Source: an uncultured Bdellovibrionales bacterium (lineage in GTDB: Bacteria > Patescibacteriota > Minisyncoccia > Moranbacterales > UBA1568). Taken from it: a stretch of 64,000 nt of DNA. The translations under genes were made by a program, and so were the position numbers. The notes under the pieces were generated by a model that was given only the letters and a program-made list of their open reading frames with translations, did not search any database and was not told the DNA's origin. Location: NCBI GenBank assembly GCA_964537075.1, contig CAZIBB010000001.1:19072-83071 (forward strand), in the 5' to 3' direction. Shown here one piece after another: positions 38,112-46,942 of this stretch (position 1 is its first letter; every line of letters begins with the position of its first letter).

Positions 38112-38150
38112 CAGGAAAAACAAAAAACGGCTTATAATAACCGTTTTTAT
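38112..38150 (-). terminator. Rho-independent terminator (reads as hairpin plus T-run on the minus strand)
   Basis: AAAACGG-CTTATAATAA-CCGTTTT with an A-run before and a T-run after. Bidirectional in principle. Confidence 0.55.
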
Positions 38151-38302
38151 AAATATCCAGATTTTTCTCCTTCAAATAAATTCTTCAGCGTGACTTTACG
38201 ATCAAAAGCATGGTCTTTTTTGCTTTTAAAAAAAGTTTTGAGCGTAATGTCAGTTCAGTTTCGCTGGAAACCGAACGGCGATGGAAAATTTATTTGAAGG
38301 AT

Positions 38303-38535
38303 GATAAATGGTATTAACCCCAAAGCAAGCTCTTGACACTGAAATGAACAAAAGTTCATTTCATTTCCGCGTCCCGTCTCGCCGACGAGGTAGACAAGCC
38401 GCGGGGTATTTACCCTGTGTTACCCGCCTCGCGTCGATGAGTCCGTGAGTCGAGGCGGGCCGTCACTCTCCGTCAGCTGACGGACGAAAGTAAAAGTAAG
38501 AACTTTTAGCCTTACTCACTCACTCGGTAATAAAT
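38303..38535. ncRNA. Candidate structured RNA, family S2 copy 1 (orientation unresolved)
   Basis: Shares the 5' block ATAAATGGTATTAACCCC and GGTATTTACCC/GTTACC/CGTCACTC/ACTCACTC..GGTAATAA blocks with 43965..44126. Three hairpins carry compensatory substitutions between copies, and copy 1 has extra hairpin insertions (GCCTCG...CGAGGC, CCGTCAG-CTGACGG). TGGTATTAA resembles an extended -10. Confidence 0.5.
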
Positions 38536-38592
38536 TTTCCATCCTATATGGTAATCTCCCCCATGGGAAGCATCGCTCAAAATTCATGTCAT

Positions 38593-40314
38593 TCACAATT
38601 TCTTGCACTCTAAAAAGAACTTCGCCTGACAACGGGTGCAAGCGGACGTATCAAGAGAGGAAAAAGCATCCTTGATGGCATCTTGTTTGGAGGCGAAAAT
38701 ATTCTCTACGCCGATTGTCTTGAGAAATCCTCCTCGCTTGAGAATTTGCTTCACCGGCTCACGCAAACCGACCAGGATCATCCGTCGCCCGCTTCTCTCT
38801 AATCGAGCTTTCTCATGAACCAGGAATTCTGCTCCAGCCGTATCGATGAAATTCACATTGCGACAAAGTATAACACGCGCTTTTTCGCCGTTATCGAACG
38901 TCTCGAAATCTTTCTCAATATTCGATACGGACGCGAAGAAAAGAGACCCCTCAATCTTGAGTACCAAAATCTGTGGACAGCGCACAGCACCGTCCGATTC
39001 CACGAAACGACGATTCGCCATCGTCTTATCCGGAATACACTCGAAAACACGGGGACGGGAAATCCTTCCGAAAAAGAGGAGGATGGCAAGCACTCCGCCA
39101 AACAAGATACCATTATCGAGATGCGGGGCAAAAAATACGGTTGCAAAAAATGTAGCAAACGCAGCTAGGCCATCTGATCGATGCGTTTCCCAAAGATGCA
39201 TCATACTTTTTATATTAACGAGCCCGACAACCGCCATCATGATTACCGCGGCGAGCACTGCTTGTGGCAAGTGATAGAGAAAAGGGGTGAGAAAGAGAAG
39301 CGTCAAGAGAACAAATAATCCGGTAAAGATAGAAGACATGCTCGTTTTTGCGCCAGCGGAGAAATTCACAGCCGAACGGGAGAATGATCCACCAACCGGA
39401 AATGAGCCTATGAAACTGCCGGTAATATTCGCCAACCCCTGTCCGATGAGCTCCTGATTCGGATCGATTGACTCATGTGTTTTTGCACTGATTGCCTTAG
39501 CGATGGATATCGCTTCCATAAAACCGATGAGCGCGATGACAAGTGCCGCCGAAAACAGATTCATCACCATATGCCAATCAAAACGCGGAAATGCGATACC
39601 TGGCAGCCCCTGTGGGATAGTTCCGACAACATTCCCGCTGAAATGACTCGAGAAACCTATGAGGAAACTCGCCATGATGGATACGGCAACGACAATCAAT
39701 ACACCCGGTACCTTCGGCACGAATTTTTTCAAAAGAAACATGGCAATAAAAGCCGCTATGCCCATACACAGCGTCGGAAGATGTGCCTCAGGAATAAGAA
39801 GGAACACTTTCCAAATATCAGAAAGATACGAATCGCTTTGTTGCATCGGGACACCGAGTATCTTATTCAGCTGTGAAAATCCGATAATGAGCGCGGCGGC
39901 GTTCGTAAATCCGACGATGACCGGATGTGCAAGAAAATTCATCATGACGCCTATCCGGAGTATTCCGAGCAAGATCTGAATAACCCCGACGAGAAATGCG
40001 AGAAATATGGCGAGAATAACAAACTCTTCCGTTTTCGGAACGGCAAATACAGAAAGGGTTGATGCTGTGAGAAGAGCGACAATTGCCACCGGTCCAGTAG
40101 AAAGTTGCGATGATGATCCAAAAAGCGCCGCAGTGATAACCGGCAAAAGCGCTGCATACAGACCATAATAAGCCGGAACACCGGCAAGCTGCGCATACGC
40201 CATCGATTGTGGTACCAATACGAGAGCGACCGTCATGCCGGCGATAAAATCAGCCCGGAGCACGCCAACCCTCAAGGGAAACCACCGCAGGAATGGGAAT
40301 ATTTTCTGAATCAT
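38593..40314 (-). CDS. SulP-family anion transporter with C-terminal STAS domain
   Basis: FIAGMTVALVLVPQSMAYAQLAGVP and a C-terminal STAS domain. Likely start MIQKIFPFLRW at 40314. Confidence 0.85.
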   Translation of the reverse strand: MIQKIFPFLRWFPLRVGVLRADFIAGMTVALVLVPQSMAYAQLAGVPAYYGLYAALLPVITAALFGSSSQLSTGPVAIVALLTASTLSVFAVPKTEEFVILAIFLAFLVGVIQILLGILRIGVMMNFLAHPVIVGFTNAAALIIGFSQLNKILGVPMQQSDSYLSDIWKVFLLIPEAHLPTLCMGIAAFIAMFLLKKFVPKVPGVLIVVAVSIMASFLIGFSSHFSGNVVGTIPQGLPGIAFPRFDWHMVMNLFSAALVIALIGFMEAISIAKAISAKTHESIDPNQELIGQGLANITGSFIGSFPVGGSFSRSAVNFSAGAKTSMSSIFTGLFVLLTLLFLTPFLYHLPQAVLAAVIMMAVVGLVNIKSMMHLWETHRSDGLAAFATFFATVFFAPHLDNGILFGGVLAILLFFGRISRPRVFECIPDKTMANRRFVESDGAVRCPQILVLKIEGSLFFASVSNIEKDFETFDNGEKARVILCRNVNFIDTAGAEFLVHEKARLERSGRRMILVGLREPVKQILKRGGFLKTIGVENIFASKQDAIKDAFSSLDTSACTRCQAKFFLECKKL

Positions 40315-40414
40315 AAAAACGATACCTGACTTTTTATCAAACGGACAAAAAAAACCCTCCTCAACTTCATCCATGAATCAGCGAGGAGGAAAATGAAACA
40401 ATTTCCCTATTTTA

Positions 40415-41797
40415 TTATTTTTGGAGCATTTTGACAAGTAATCGCACAGGTGCACCAGCGGCACCTTTCGCGAGAAATTCCCCGTCGATACTCGTCATGC
40501 GCGGGGCAATATCGAGATGCACCCACGGGTATCCTACGGCGAATTGTTTGAGAAAGGCGGCGGCGGTAATCGCTCCACCATAACGCGTCTTGCCGAGATT
40601 GCTAAAGTCGCCGATAGTGCCTTTGATTTCTTCATCATATTCCTCCCAGAGTGGGAGCGGCCACACATAATCACCGGAAAGCTCGCCAAGTTCACGGAAC
40701 CTCTTTTCTAATGTCTCATCCGTCGTAAACAATGCCGAAGCCCGTTCGCCAAGTGCCGCCATCGATGCGCCCGTAAGCGTCGCCACATCCACCACGAGCG
40801 ACGGCTTATACTTCGCCGCATACGTCAATGCATCGGCGAGGATGATGCGTCCTTCCGCATCGGTATTATTGACTTCAATCGTTTTTCCTGACATTGAACG
40901 AAGCACATCGCCCGGACGATAGCTCGATCCGGACGGCATGTTTTCCACCGCCGGTACTAATGCAACTAAGTTGCACTTCAACTTCAAACGGGCAGCCGCC
41001 GCAACTGTATGCATCACCGCCGCACCGCCAGACATATCCATATTCATCCCAAGCATGCTGTTCTCGGGCTTCAAATTTATTCCTCCCGTATCAAAGGTCA
41101 CGCCCTTGCCAACCAACACGATTGGAGCGATGTTCTTCTTTCCGCCAAAATACTCAAGAATGATAAACTTCGGAGGAAGCTCCGATCCCTTCCCTACCCC
41201 GAGTACGCCACCCATACCAAGTTTCTTCATTTCCGAAACACCGAGAATCTTTACCATGAGGCCATGTTGTTTCGCGATTTTCTTCGCCTCAATGGCAAGC
41301 GTCTCCGGTGTCACATCACCCCCTGGGAGATTCGCCAGACGCCTGCAGGCATTGACCTCTTCACCGACAATCATTCCTCGTTTCACACCATCGGCGAATT
41401 CCTTGCTCGCATTTTCAAAAAGAATTTCTTTCACACTTGGAAACCCCTCCTCCGGCTTCGTCAAAAATTCCGTAAAAGAATAATTTGCCATGAGAAAGTT
41501 CGTCGCGATGAGTTCGCCAAGCTCCTGGTCAAACATGTTTACATTTTCAAAAGAAAAAATACTTGCATCTATCACGAGTGCAGGCATCTTCTTTCCTTTG
41601 GCAATCGACACGATCTTTCGTATAAAAAGAATAAGTTTTCGGTGAGTCATCTTTTCCGGATCCGATATTCCGAGTATTATTTTTTGGGATCCATCCTCAA
41701 GCCGGAATACCTCATCCTGTTTTCCGTTTCCCCGTTCCACACGCACCATCTTCGTCCTTCCATTTTTCACTGCACCCGTCATGGTTCTGATATTCAT
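40415..41797 (-). CDS. pepA: Leucyl aminopeptidase (M17)
   Basis: NTDAEGRIILADALTYA signature. The ORF-track N-terminus (to 41857) overlaps MITE copy ii; likely start MNIRTMTGAV at 41797. Confidence 0.85.
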   Translation of the reverse strand: MNIRTMTGAVKNGRTKMVRVERGNGKQDEVFRLEDGSQKIILGISDPEKMTHRKLILFIRKIVSIAKGKKMPALVIDASIFSFENVNMFDQELGELIATNFLMANYSFTEFLTKPEEGFPSVKEILFENASKEFADGVKRGMIVGEEVNACRRLANLPGGDVTPETLAIEAKKIAKQHGLMVKILGVSEMKKLGMGGVLGVGKGSELPPKFIILEYFGGKKNIAPIVLVGKGVTFDTGGINLKPENSMLGMNMDMSGGAAVMHTVAAAARLKLKCNLVALVPAVENMPSGSSYRPGDVLRSMSGKTIEVNNTDAEGRIILADALTYAAKYKPSLVVDVATLTGASMAALGERASALFTTDETLEKRFRELGELSGDYVWPLPLWEEYDEEIKGTIGDFSNLGKTRYGGAITAAAFLKQFAVGYPWVHLDIAPRMTSIDGEFLAKGAAGAPVRLLVKMLQK

Positions 41798-41836
41798 AGC
41801 GATCGAGTATATAAAAATCCTATTATTCCCTCCATA

Positions 41837-42018
41837 AGAGCCTGTTGAAAAATCCACCGCCTGTGATATAGAGATCTGCTTGTCGGCTATAATCTCAGAA
41901 TTTCGGCTGCAAATCCTGAAAAGCTCGTCGGGGTATCATGATAGCCCTCCTCACCTGTTCAGAATTTTCGCTCGAAATTCTGAAATTATAACTCGACATG
42001 ACTTTTTCAACAGGCTCT
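41837..42018. mobile_element. MITE-like element, copy ii (TIR flavour AGAGCCTGTTGAAAAA / TTTTTCAACAGGCTCT)
   Basis: 182 bp with perfect 16-17-bp terminal inverted repeats and the same core as copy i. Confidence 0.8.
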
Positions 42019-42044
42019 GAGACATTCTATTCTAACAACTTTTC

Positions 42045-42091
42045 CGAAAAAAAACAAAAAAAACGGCACCCAGGAATGTTTCCCTGATTGC
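42045..42091 (-). terminator. Rho-independent terminator on the minus strand
   Basis: GGCAATCAGG-GAAACATT-CCTGGGTGCC hairpin followed, on the minus strand, by TTTTTTTTGTTTTTTTT. Confidence 0.55.
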
Positions 42092-42116
42092 CGAGTCTAC
42101 CGAGACTATCGAATCC

Positions 42117-42599
42117 CTACGGATTGGCGAGCGCCTCCATAGGTACCGGACGGAAATCCAAACTGGCGGCACGAAGAGTTACCCTCCGCATCGATCCGAC
42201 CGTCCATGATTCCATGGGTTGTCCTTTCACTGCCGTATTTCGGAATAACCCGCGAAGGATCAGTCGAAGCGTAACGATGCCATGCCGCCCATGCCGCAAT
42301 TGTTCCTCGAGGTCATCAAAGAAATAAGAGATCGATCCCCTTCCGTTATGGTCCAAGGAAAACTTCATGAATCGGAGCGTAGCGTGCGCAGTCTCCAGCC
42401 GAGGTTCATGATATTGTGCTCCCGGCTTTCTCCGCGGTGGCCTGATGGAAACGGCCACCCTTCTGAGGCACAACCTGATTTTCTCATTGTCCGAGTCACT
42501 CATATTCCCGAGAATATACCGACCGTGAGCGACCGTGGCCGTCCAAAGTGGAATCTCATCCGGATTCTCCGGCCCATTATCATGACTGATTTCTGTCAT
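42117..42599 (-). CDS. Hypothetical 160-aa protein (GC-rich); the region could alternatively be noncoding
   Basis: Perfect Shine-Dalgarno AAGGATGA 6 nt before the ATG at 42599. Its own terminator lies 26 nt after the stop. No recognisable motif, and both plus-strand frames across it are also open. Confidence 0.35.
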   Translation of the reverse strand: MTEISHDNGPENPDEIPLWTATVAHGRYILGNMSDSDNEKIRLCLRRVAVSIRPPRRKPGAQYHEPRLETAHATLRFMKFSLDHNGRGSISYFFDDLEEQLRHGRHGIVTLRLILRGLFRNTAVKGQPMESWTVGSMRRVTLRAASLDFRPVPMEALANP

Positions 42600-42722
42600 T
42601 TTTCATCCTTTTTTTTAAAAAACCAAATAATAAAACGGCCAAGCAAAATTCTGTGGTCGTTTTTCTCCCGTGAAATCTTCTCAAACTCCACCGGACGAGT
42701 TTAGCATAAAAAGCATATACCG

Positions 42723-43958
42723 TCAAGGCTTTGCAGGCAAATCCGATTGAAAATCGATATACTTCCTCCCTATGAGTTTTTCCGGAAGATACGCCTGCCT
42801 CGCCTCCTCCTTGTTTTTGAAATCCGGAGTGTATTTGTAGTCCTTTCCGTAGCCCAATCCCTTCATCAATTTAGTCGGAGCATTCCGGAGATGCAGTGGC
42901 ACCGGCTCATTCGGAAATTTCGCAATATCTTCTTTCACCCTCGCATATCCCGCATAGAGCGCATTTGATTTCTTCGACTTCGCGAGATACACAACCGCCT
43001 GTGCAAGATTCATTTCGCATTCAGGCATACCGATATTCCTGCATGCCTCGAAAGCGGCAACCGCCTGCGGCAACGCGAATGAATTGGCGATACCGATATC
43101 TTCCGAAGCGAACCGTATGAGGCGCCTCGCGACATATAGAGGATCCTCCCCAGCCTCGAGCATCCGTCCGAGCCAATAGAGCGAAGCGTTTGCATCATCC
43201 CCGCGCATGGATTTATGCAACGCCGAAATGATATCATAATGCCATTCGCCATCCTTATCATAAAGCAGATGGGAACGCGCCATCACCTCCTCGATCAGTT
43301 TCACCGAGATCTTCGCCGCGCGCATCGCGCATGCCTCAAGCGCCGAGAGTGCCTGACGTGCATCGCCCCCCGATGCCTCCGCGAGAAACAAAAGTCCTCC
43401 CTTCTCCACTGAAATTTTTCCTGAGAGAAGCACTTCATCGGAAGCGAGCGCCCGCTCCAATAACTTCTCGATGACTGCGGCGGAAAGTTTTTCCAATACC
43501 AAAACGCGCGTCCGGGAGAGCAGTGCAGCATTCACGGAAAAACTCGGGTTCTCGGTCGTCGCCCCGATAAGGATGATTATCCCATTCTCGACATATGGAA
43601 GCAGAGCATCCTGCTGCGCCTTGTTCCATCGATGTATCTCATCAAGAAAAAGAATCGTTCGTCTCTTCGCTTCGTAGTTTTCTTTCGCGCGCGCTATCAC
43701 CATCTGCAAATCCTTCTTCCCGCTGCTGACCGCCGAAAGCTGAATGAATTCCGCGGAAAGTTCCGTCGTGAGGAGCCTTGCGAGCGTCGTCTTGCCACTT
43801 CCTGGTGGCCCCCAAAAGAGAAGCGACGGAACACTCCCTTGCCGGACCGCCTCGCGGAGAAACGACCCCTCTCCAAAAATTTTCTCCTGTCCAAAAAACT
43901 CCGAAATCGTTTTCGGTCGCAATCGTTCCGCAAGCGGGATGTTTTTTTGCTCACTCAT
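42723..43958 (-). CDS. rarA: Replication-associated recombination protein A (RarA/MgsA AAA+ ATPase)
   Basis: Walker [12 protein letters not shown], ...[16 protein letters not shown]..., MgsA C-terminal helical domains. Likely start [15 protein letters not shown] at 43958. Confidence 0.85.
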   Translation of the reverse strand: MSEQKNIPLAERLRPKTISEFFGQEKIFGEGSFLREAVRQGSVPSLLFWGPPGSGKTTLARLLTTELSAEFIQLSAVSSGKKDLQMVIARAKENYEAKRRTILFLDEIHRWNKAQQDALLPYVENGIIILIGATTENPSFSVNAALLSRTRVLVLEKLSAAVIEKLLERALASDEVLLSGKISVEKGGLLFLAEASGGDARQALSALEACAMRAAKISVKLIEEVMARSHLLYDKDGEWHYDIISALHKSMRGDDANASLYWLGRMLEAGEDPLYVARRLIRFASEDIGIANSFALPQAVAAFEACRNIGMPECEMNLAQAVVYLAKSKKSNALYAGYARVKEDIAKFPNEPVPLHLRNAPTKLMKGLGYGKDYKYTPDFKNKEEARQAYLPEKLIGRKYIDFQSDLPAKP

Positions 43959-43964
43959 AATAAA

Positions 43965-44126
43965 TGGTATTAACCCCGGAGCAAGCTCCGGACATTGAAA
44001 CGAGCAAGAGCTCGTTTCAATTTCGCGGTCCCGCCATGGCGGGACGAGGTATTTACCCATATGTTACCGTCACTCGCTCGAAAGTGAAAGTAAGAACTTT
44101 CACTTTACTCACTCGCTAGGTAATAA
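43965..44126. ncRNA. Candidate structured RNA, family S2 copy 2
   Basis: See copy 1. Hairpins CCGGAG-CAAG-CTCCGG, TTGAAACGAGC-AAGA-GCTCGTTTCAA, AGTGAAAG-TAAGAA-CTTTCACT. It fills the tsaC-rarA spacer, ending 7 nt before the rarA ATG. Confidence 0.5.
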
Positions 44127-44726
44127 TTGTTCTCCGATTTCGACCGCACCAGACCGAATAAGTGTCACACGGCCATTTTCCAATTTCACGATTGTGGATG
44201 GTTTACTCTGAAGTATCCCTCCATCAACATAAAAATTAATTTTGTCTCCAAAATATTTTTTCGCTTCTTCAATCGTTTCTGCTGGACGCATTCCTTGGAT
44301 ATTCGCACTCGGTGCGATGAGCGGTCCCGTTTCACGCAGAAGGGTTCGGAGCGATTCATCGTCTGGAATACGAAAGACTAAATGTGCTGTACCACGAGAC
44401 AAATATTGTAAATCTTCATTCGCACAAGAAAGCATCACACTTACCTTTCCCGGCCATACTGTCTCAAGCCAAGTTTTCTCTTTCAATGACAATTTGATAG
44501 AAAATTTCTCAAGCTCGGAAAAATCAGCAATGAGAATGATGCAGGGTTTATCGACATCTCGCTTCCGAAGAGCATATACTTTCTCGATAGCATCTTCTTT
44601 CCAAACGCTCGCCACCATGCCGTAGAGCGTGTCGGTCGGGATGATTCCCACGCCGCCTGACTTCAGCGATTGGATGATATCTTTCCCGAACATACTCATA
44701 TCTTCATCGTGATCCCGATCGGGCAA
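44109..44726 (-). CDS. tsaC: L-threonylcarbamoyladenylate synthase (TsaC/YrdC/Sua5 family)
   Basis: GGVGIIPTDTLYGMVASVW...KPCIIL.... Confidence 0.75.
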   Translation of the reverse strand: MPDRDHDEDMSMFGKDIIQSLKSGGVGIIPTDTLYGMVASVWKEDAIEKVYALRKRDVDKPCIILIADFSELEKFSIKLSLKEKTWLETVWPGKVSVMLSCANEDLQYLSRGTAHLVFRIPDDESLRTLLRETGPLIAPSANIQGMRPAETIEEAKKYFGDKINFYVDGGILQSKPSTIVKLENGRVTLIRSGAVEIGEQLLPSE

Positions 44727-45484
44727 TGATCCGATCCCTCGACATCATTCAGGATAAAGGCATCACCAATCCTATCGATTATATTTTCACTCACGAAAAA
44801 ATAATCGATGCGCCAGCCGACATTCCGCTCGCGCGCGCGCGTCTTCATGTCCCACCAGGAATATTTCGCTTCGGTCGGATGAAGTCTCCGAAAAGTATCA
44901 TGAAATCCGACCGGCGCGAGCGTATCCATCCAGGCACGCTCAATCGGGAGAAATCCTGAAATCTTCGCATTCTCCTTCGGACGAGAAAGATCAATCTCAT
45001 TGTGAGCCGTATTCACATCACCACAAAAAATCACTTTCTTCCCCTGATCTTTAAGTGACAGAATGTATTCATAGAACTCGTCATAGAATTGCAATTTGTA
45101 TTTCAATCGCTCGTCACCGGAACCTCCGTTCGGAAAATAGATATTGAACAAAGTGAATTCTTTGAATTCCAGTTCGATCATCCTCCCCTCACGCGAAAGC
45201 AGATTCTTTCCGAAATCCGTCTTCACATTGATTGGCTGAACCTTCGTATACACCGCGACCCCGCTGTATCCCTTACGCTCCTTACAACAATTCCAGTATG
45301 CCGTATACCCATCCGGTTTCAACAGTTTTTCAGAAAGCACACCCTCGTCAAACACTTTCGTCTCCTGGACGCAGACGATATCATAACCGCTCTTTTCCAG
45401 CCATTCGACAAAACCTTTCCGCTCACCGGCGCGGATTCCATTGACGTTCCAAGAAATGATTGAGATCGTTTTTGATTCTTTCAT
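44696..45484 (-). CDS. xthA: Exodeoxyribonuclease III
   Basis: ISWNVNGIRA, CGDVNTAHNEIDL, SDHCPI. Confidence 0.9.
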   Translation of the reverse strand: MKESKTISIISWNVNGIRAGERKGFVEWLEKSGYDIVCVQETKVFDEGVLSEKLLKPDGYTAYWNCCKERKGYSGVAVYTKVQPINVKTDFGKNLLSREGRMIELEFKEFTLFNIYFPNGGSGDERLKYKLQFYDEFYEYILSLKDQGKKVIFCGDVNTAHNEIDLSRPKENAKISGFLPIERAWMDTLAPVGFHDTFRRLHPTEAKYSWWDMKTRARERNVGWRIDYFFVSENIIDRIGDAFILNDVEGSDHCPIGITMKI

Positions 45485-45644
45485 ACCGGTATCCTATCAT
45501 ATTTCCCTGCAAGAAAATAACCCTATCCCCATCAAACAACCCATTGAGCATATAAAAATGGCCATTCATAAACACTTAACCCCTGCGTATCTCTCTCATT
45601 TTTCTTTCCTAAACTCTCTCTTCCAAACTCTCATCTCTGATAGT

Positions 45645-46811
45645 TTATTTCTTCAAATATGCCCTGTCCGATAAGTCGAGCACGAGATCATCGAGCTCCT
45701 TGAAACGGCGCTTTTTTTCCTCGATTGGGATGATGTCTTCCATCTTTTCTTTGGCTACCGTTCCGGGACGCGGCGAAAACCACGCGATATAGACTTTTTC
45801 AAATCCAACTTCCTTGACGAGGTTTTTCGAATCCTCGAAATCTTCCAAAGTCTCACCTGGAAATGCCACAATGATGTCGGTGGTGAATCTGATTTCGGGA
45901 ATTTTCGTCCGGATACGCGAGATGAGATTAAGATATTCCTCCCTCGTATACCAGCGATTCATATTTTTCAGCACGGCGCTCGATCCGGATTGCACCGGGA
46001 GATGCAGGAGTCGATCGATATTCGCATGACGCGCCATGACATCGATCAGTTCGTCCGAAAAATCCCAAGGATTGGAGGCGATGAAAGAGACTTTTTTTAT
46101 ACTGGAAATCTGCGCTACGCAATCCAAAAGCTGCGGAAAGAGTGTCGGGATCCGGTGTCTATTAAGATGCTTGACCATGGTCGGCAACACCTTCGTGCCA
46201 TCAGGCAATACATATGATTCCCCTTCCTGTATTTTCTCCATCAAAAAATCCGAACCGTAGGAATTCACGTTCTGACCAAGCAAGAGAATCTCTTCGAATC
46301 CGTCCCGCGCCAACATCTCCGCTTCATTGATAATTTCCTCGAACGGCCGCGAAACTTCCTTGCCGCGTGAAAAAGGTACGATGCAGAAAGCGCAATAATT
46401 ATTGCAACCATTGGAAATCGGAAGCGAGGCGAATTTCACAGCCGTCCGTTTCGGCGCATGCCCGAATCCAACTTCTTCTATCGGCAGAAACTCCACATCA
46501 GGGAGACGGCGCTGTAATTTCTTCAGCATCTTGCCGCTTGGTTCACGCGTCGCCGCTCCGATGAGACAGCCAGTAATCACGATATGAGCATCGGTCTTTC
46601 CGTAATTTCCTTCCCGGATACTCCGAATCAAGCCAAATACTTTTTCCTCCGCCCGTTCACGAATGACACAGGTATTGAGAATGATGATATCTGCATCATT
46701 CATTTTTTCAGCGGGTAAAACTCCACGAGACTCATAGAGGCTCGCCACTCGCTCGGAATCCGCCACATTCTGCTGGCATCCGAAAGTATGGATGAAATAT
46801 TTTTGAGACAT
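45645..46811 (-). CDS. miaB: Radical-SAM methylthiotransferase, MiaB/RimO family
   Basis: MTTase N-domain FGCQQNVADSE plus radical-SAM CxxxCxxC (NGCNNYCAFC). 388 aa, apparently without a TRAM domain. Confidence 0.75.
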   Translation of the reverse strand: MSQKYFIHTFGCQQNVADSERVASLYESRGVLPAEKMNDADIIILNTCVIRERAEEKVFGLIRSIREGNYGKTDAHIVITGCLIGAATREPSGKMLKKLQRRLPDVEFLPIEEVGFGHAPKRTAVKFASLPISNGCNNYCAFCIVPFSRGKEVSRPFEEIINEAEMLARDGFEEILLLGQNVNSYGSDFLMEKIQEGESYVLPDGTKVLPTMVKHLNRHRIPTLFPQLLDCVAQISSIKKVSFIASNPWDFSDELIDVMARHANIDRLLHLPVQSGSSAVLKNMNRWYTREEYLNLISRIRTKIPEIRFTTDIIVAFPGETLEDFEDSKNLVKEVGFEKVYIAWFSPRPGTVAKEKMEDIIPIEEKKRRFKELDDLVLDLSDRAYLKK

Positions 46812-46942
46812 ATAACCGACAAATCATACCCTGAAAGCCCCAAAAAATCAACAAAAAAAGAAGGGCGTCTTTGCCTTTCTTTTTTCTTTTTCCCAGTATC
46901 TAATATCTATTATCTGGTATCCAATATCTAATATCCTCTCCC

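Noticed and set aside
42090-42600. RNase P RNA or tmRNA in the GC-rich 42.1-42.6 kb region
   Set aside because: Only a partial resemblance (GGAGAAAGCCGGGAG against the P4 5' strand GGAAAGUCCGGGCUCC) and no complementary ACAGAACCCGGCUUA-type 3' strand; no tmRNA tag-reading-frame or T-arm signature. Left as hypothetical CDS or unresolved, pending cmscan.
46860-46942. Short direct repeats TATCTAATATC...TATCTAATATC downstream of pilB, considered as iterons or DnaA boxes
   Set aside because: Only two copies, no DnaA-box consensus and no replication genes nearby; most likely incidental AT-rich 3' UTR sequence next to a weak terminator.
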